DNA of 39,398 nucleotides from Patescibacteria group bacterium UBA5147 (GTDB lineage Bacteria; Patescibacteriota; Saccharimonadia; UBA4664): NCBI GenBank assembly GCA_002415345.1, contig DHXV01000002.1, positions 1 to 39,398 of the forward strand, read 5' to 3'. Shown piece by piece: positions 37,601 to 39,398 of this stretch (position 1 is its first letter; each line of letters starts with the position of its first letter). The notes under the pieces were generated by a model. It saw only the letters and a program-made list of their open reading frames with translations, ran no database searches and was not told where the DNA came from. The position numbers and the translations under genes were made by a program.

Positions 37601-38410
37601 ACGGACGAGGCTGCCCCGCAGCTGCATCTGGAGCCGGCCATCAGGCAAGCCACCACCCGCGAACAGTTGATGTGGGAAAAAGAGCTGATGGGGTTGTATT
37701 TGAGCAGTCATCCGCTCGACGACTACGCGGCCTATCTGGCCGATACGGCCCAACCGATTATTAACGTTACTCCCGGGGCCGACGGCAAGCTGGTCCGCAT
37801 CGGCGGCATGATTACGAGCGCCCGCAAGATACTGACTAAGAAAGGCGACGTCATGGCCTTTGTCGGGATCGAGGACCAATCCGGCGGTTCCACCGAGCTG
37901 ATCGTGTTTCCGAAGGCCTTTGCCAAGAGCCCCGACGTGTATGAGGTGGATAATATCATTTTTGCGACCGGCAAGATCTCGGCCCGCGACCGGGAAGGGC
38001 GGCTGGAAGACGAGGCCAAAGTCATGGTCGACAGTGCCAAGCTCATCGATTACGATACCGCCGTCAAATATGTGCCGCGCCCGGTCGCGGTATCGGCAAG
38101 CACGGTACGGTCTCCAGCGGCATTGCCGGTGAGGACCGCTGGTCCCACAATAACCGCGCTGGCCACCCGGTCCAACGACGAGGAACCACCGCTCGTAATG
38201 GCTCTGAGTGATTTGTCTGATACGGCTCTTTTGCAACGTATCAAGATAATTTTGAGCGCCCATAGCGGCGGGGTCGAAACTTACATCGTCACCGGAGGTA
38301 TCAGCCCCAAAAAGATTCGGCTGCCGTTCAAGGTCGCGATTTCAGACGATCTGATGAGCGAGCTTACCGGCGTCATCGGTGAAGGCCGGGTGGTCCGCGG
38401 TCGCTCATAA
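34676..38410 (+). CDS. dnaE: DNA polymerase III alpha subunit (DnaE)
   Basis: PHP domain HLHNHSHYSLLDG, polymerase core GPGRGSAAGS...PDIDID, HhH and OB domains. The true start may be the GTG at 34715 (SD GGGGGAG 5 nt upstream), because a TATAAT box lies at 34684-89. Confidence 0.95.
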   Translation: MTHIINKRNGGVNVAASTTPAKASEPQTDTPKAQFVHLHNHSHYSLLDGLQKVPGMLDRIQELGMDAVALTDHGTLSGTVEFYKECKKRGINPIIGIEAYVAPRGHLDKSGRQDLNPYHLVLLAYSTKGYHNLMKLVTIANLQGFYGKPRIDRQLMEQYHEGLIALSGCAGGEVAGHIIDGNMAEAANVAQWYETTFGKGNYFLELQAHEHQWATQKTINAGKIELSKQTGIPVVVTADSHYSEHKNRDAHETLLCVQTGKTLDDPTRMSMDMDLFLSSQEEIMERFAHIPEAYENTVKIAERCKVKLDLGGILIPTFPVPEEGISELDYLHKLCWQGLTFRYGGIPKEDVGTITEARARELVEPEVCARLDYELGVISKMGYDGYFLITADFMNWGKNQGIVFGPGRGSAAGSIVAYVLNITDLDPLKYDLLFERFLNPDRISMPDIDIDIQAGRRGEVIDYVTEKYGTERVSQIITFGTMAARNAVRDTGRVLGYSYAEVDAIAKLIPQPVQGRHTPLAVSVGLKEGKQPADPILTNEYKTNARAKKLIDLAIQLEGTIRNNGVHAAGVVIAPAPLVNYLPIQRAQKGGFATQYSMSYVEELGLLKMDFLGLLNLDVINQAQRIIRKVYGRDIDLPNLPLDDPETYALLSRGDTTGVFQLESAGMKKYLRQLKPSAFDDIVAMVALYRPGPMQFIDDFIDRKHGRKEVTYEHPGLEAALGSTYGILVYQEQFMQISKDMCGFTGGQADTLRKAIGKKQLDTMRKMKQLFIAGMIEKSGVTKKFAEEFWQQLEAFADYCFNKSHSACYGLIAYQTAYLKAHYPSAFMAALLTQDYGNIDRIAIEIAECQRMGVKVLPPDVNESFREFAVVKDSGNIRFGLSAIKNVGAGAIEAILRTREDAGNFTGIEDFAKRVNSRECNKKAWESFAKCGAFDQLVGGDRNKLLQNLELITAYGSKAQKNALSGQIDIFGSLGTDEAAPQLHLEPAIRQATTREQLMWEKELMGLYLSSHPLDDYAAYLADTAQPIINVTPGADGKLVRIGGMITSARKILTKKGDVMAFVGIEDQSGGSTELIVFPKAFAKSPDVYEVDNIIFATGKISARDREGRLEDEAKVMVDSAKLIDYDTAVKYVPRPVAVSASTVRSPAALPVRTAGPTITALATRSNDEEPPLVMALSDLSDTALLQRIKIILSAHSGGVETYIVTGGISPKKIRLPFKVAISDDLMSELTGVIGEGRVVRGRS

Positions 38411-38472
38411 TTAAACTGGCCGCGACTTAGGGGTTGATTAGGGGGCGGCTCGTGTGTTAATCTACTGAGGTT

Positions 38473-39075
38473 ATGGAAGCAATTACCCTACTCGAAAACA
38501 AATACCGCAAGCCCGCCCTGCCGCAAGTGCAGTCGGGGGACACGGTTCGTGTTCACCAGCTCATTCGTGAAGGTGCTAAGCAGCGTGTTCAGGTTTTCGA
38601 GGGCGTTATTATTCGCCGCCACCGCATGAATGAAGTATCGGCCTGTATTACGGTCCGCCGTATCGCTTCCGGTATCGGGGTGGAGAAGACTTTCCTTCTC
38701 CATTCGCCGAACGTACCCAAGATTGAGATTTTGCGCCGCGCCAAGGTCCGCCGTAACTTCCTGTCCTTCCTGCGCGACCGCCGTGGCAAGAGCGCCCGCC
38801 TCAAGGAAGTGGCTTTCGACAAGCTTGCCGCCAATGACGTTTCCGTCGCGGAAAACCTTGATGCCGACGTGACCGAACTCAAGAGTGAAGACACCCGAGA
38901 CGTGTTGGACGAAGCTGCCCCGCTGAGCGAAGTTGAGAACGCCGAGAAGCGCGAAATCGCCGCCGAAGACGATGGCGCAGTTGCCGATACCGACGAAGCG
39001 GAAGCTCCAGCCGAAGAAGTCCAACTGGGACTCGACAAGGCTGAGCCGGGCGAAGGCGAAGCCGTTCAGTCGTAA
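38473..39075 (+). CDS. rplS: 50S ribosomal protein L19 with a roughly 85-aa acidic C-terminal extension
   Basis: The N-terminal 112 aa (GDTVRVHQLIREGAKQRVQVFEGVIIRR...GIGVEKTFLLHSP...IEILRRAKVRR) are canonical L19. The rest is a D/E/A-rich tail. Confidence 0.9.
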   Translation: MEAITLLENKYRKPALPQVQSGDTVRVHQLIREGAKQRVQVFEGVIIRRHRMNEVSACITVRRIASGIGVEKTFLLHSPNVPKIEILRRAKVRRNFLSFLRDRRGKSARLKEVAFDKLAANDVSVAENLDADVTELKSEDTRDVLDEAAPLSEVENAEKREIAAEDDGAVADTDEAEAPAEEVQLGLDKAEPGEGEAVQS

Positions 39076-39098
39076 GTTATAAGCCTTATTTGCATCCA

Positions 39099-39119
39099 GG
39101 AGCCTTCGGGCTCCTTTTT
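39099..39119 (+). terminator. Rho-independent terminator after rplS
   Basis: GGAGCC-TTCG-GGCTCC followed by TTTTT. Confidence 0.85.
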
Positions 39120-39338
39120 GGTTGAGTCTATTTTTACGGTAGCATATTTAGGAGGTTCGTTAGGTGGTTTGGGTATTACCTTTAAGGGAGAGGTGGTTTT
39201 GAGTGAGATTTGAGCGATTATTTATTCCGGGGCCTATTCGTTAAATTGGTAACGGAAGGCCGGAACAGCAATCGCCTATTTGTCTAAATTAGTAGGCCAA
39301 CAATGATTCATAGCCATAGGACGGAGGGTTACTTTATG

Positions 39339-39398
39339 TCAATAGCGGTAAAATACCACTAATTTAAGCACTTTCAATAGCGGTATTTTACCGCTATT
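39339..39398. repeat. Direct repeat TCAATAGCGGTA (x2) embedded in 17-nt and 10-nt inverted repeats at the window edge
   Basis: AATAGCGGTAAAATACC (39341-57) is the reverse complement of GGTATTTTACCGCTATT (39382-98). AATAGCGGTA-TTT-TACCGCTATT (39376-98) is itself a hairpin. Truncated by the window end. Confidence 0.6.

Noticed and set aside
39222-39275. tRNA- or tmRNA-like 5' end, GGGGCCTATTCGTTAAATTGGTAACGG
   Set aside because: An acceptor-like run and a D-arm-like stem can be drawn. No anticodon stem, no T-arm (GTTCRANYC) and no matching 3' acceptor strand follow, and the tmRNA TTCGAC box is absent.

Overview
This 39.4-kb bacterial window has a compact, GC-rich backbone (by eye roughly 55-62% GC) with many overlapping start/stop codons. 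Backbone genes: tRNA-Gly, an MgtA-type P-type ATPase, tRNA-Cys and tRNA-Leu, lemA-htpX, ligA, gatC-gatA-(2 inserted genes)-gatB, an MscS-like channel, a DUF948/YtxH/DUF5665-like envelope-stress trio, dnaE and rplS. The gene content and many small orphan ORFs suggest an uncultivated small-genome lineage (Patescibacteria/Saccharibacteria-like, or with actinobacterial affinities). That cannot be established without a database search. Accessory material is abundant. (1) A secreted surface-protein pair sits next to the tRNA cluster, with a tRNA 3'-end repeat and a tRNA fragment between them. (2) There is a TasA/camelysin-like subunit plus SipW-type signal peptidase operon. (3) A lower-GC island spans about 15.1-23.65 kb. 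It opens with a complete SAM-I-type riboswitch directly upstream of a Dcm methyltransferase/restriction endonuclease pair. It also holds a DUF2779 nuclease-like gene split by a 2,639-bp IS1595-family element with 27-bp inverted repeats, an 8-bp target duplication and a four-gene DUF3800 passenger cassette, followed by several orphan ORFs. (4) A MacB-type ABC pair is bracketed by two copies of a roughly 62-bp palindromic terminator-like repeat. (5) An HxlR/FMN-reductase/DUF1761 module is present. The observations I rank highest are the SAM riboswitch in front of an R-M operon and the membrane-anchored HEPN-motif protein plus TIR/NDT-like protein translationally coupled inside gatCAB. Next come the passenger-carrying IS and the recurring leaderless promoter architecture. 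No CRISPR array and no rRNA gene were seen. All family assignments come from reading motifs by eye and from memory of family consensus, not from searches.
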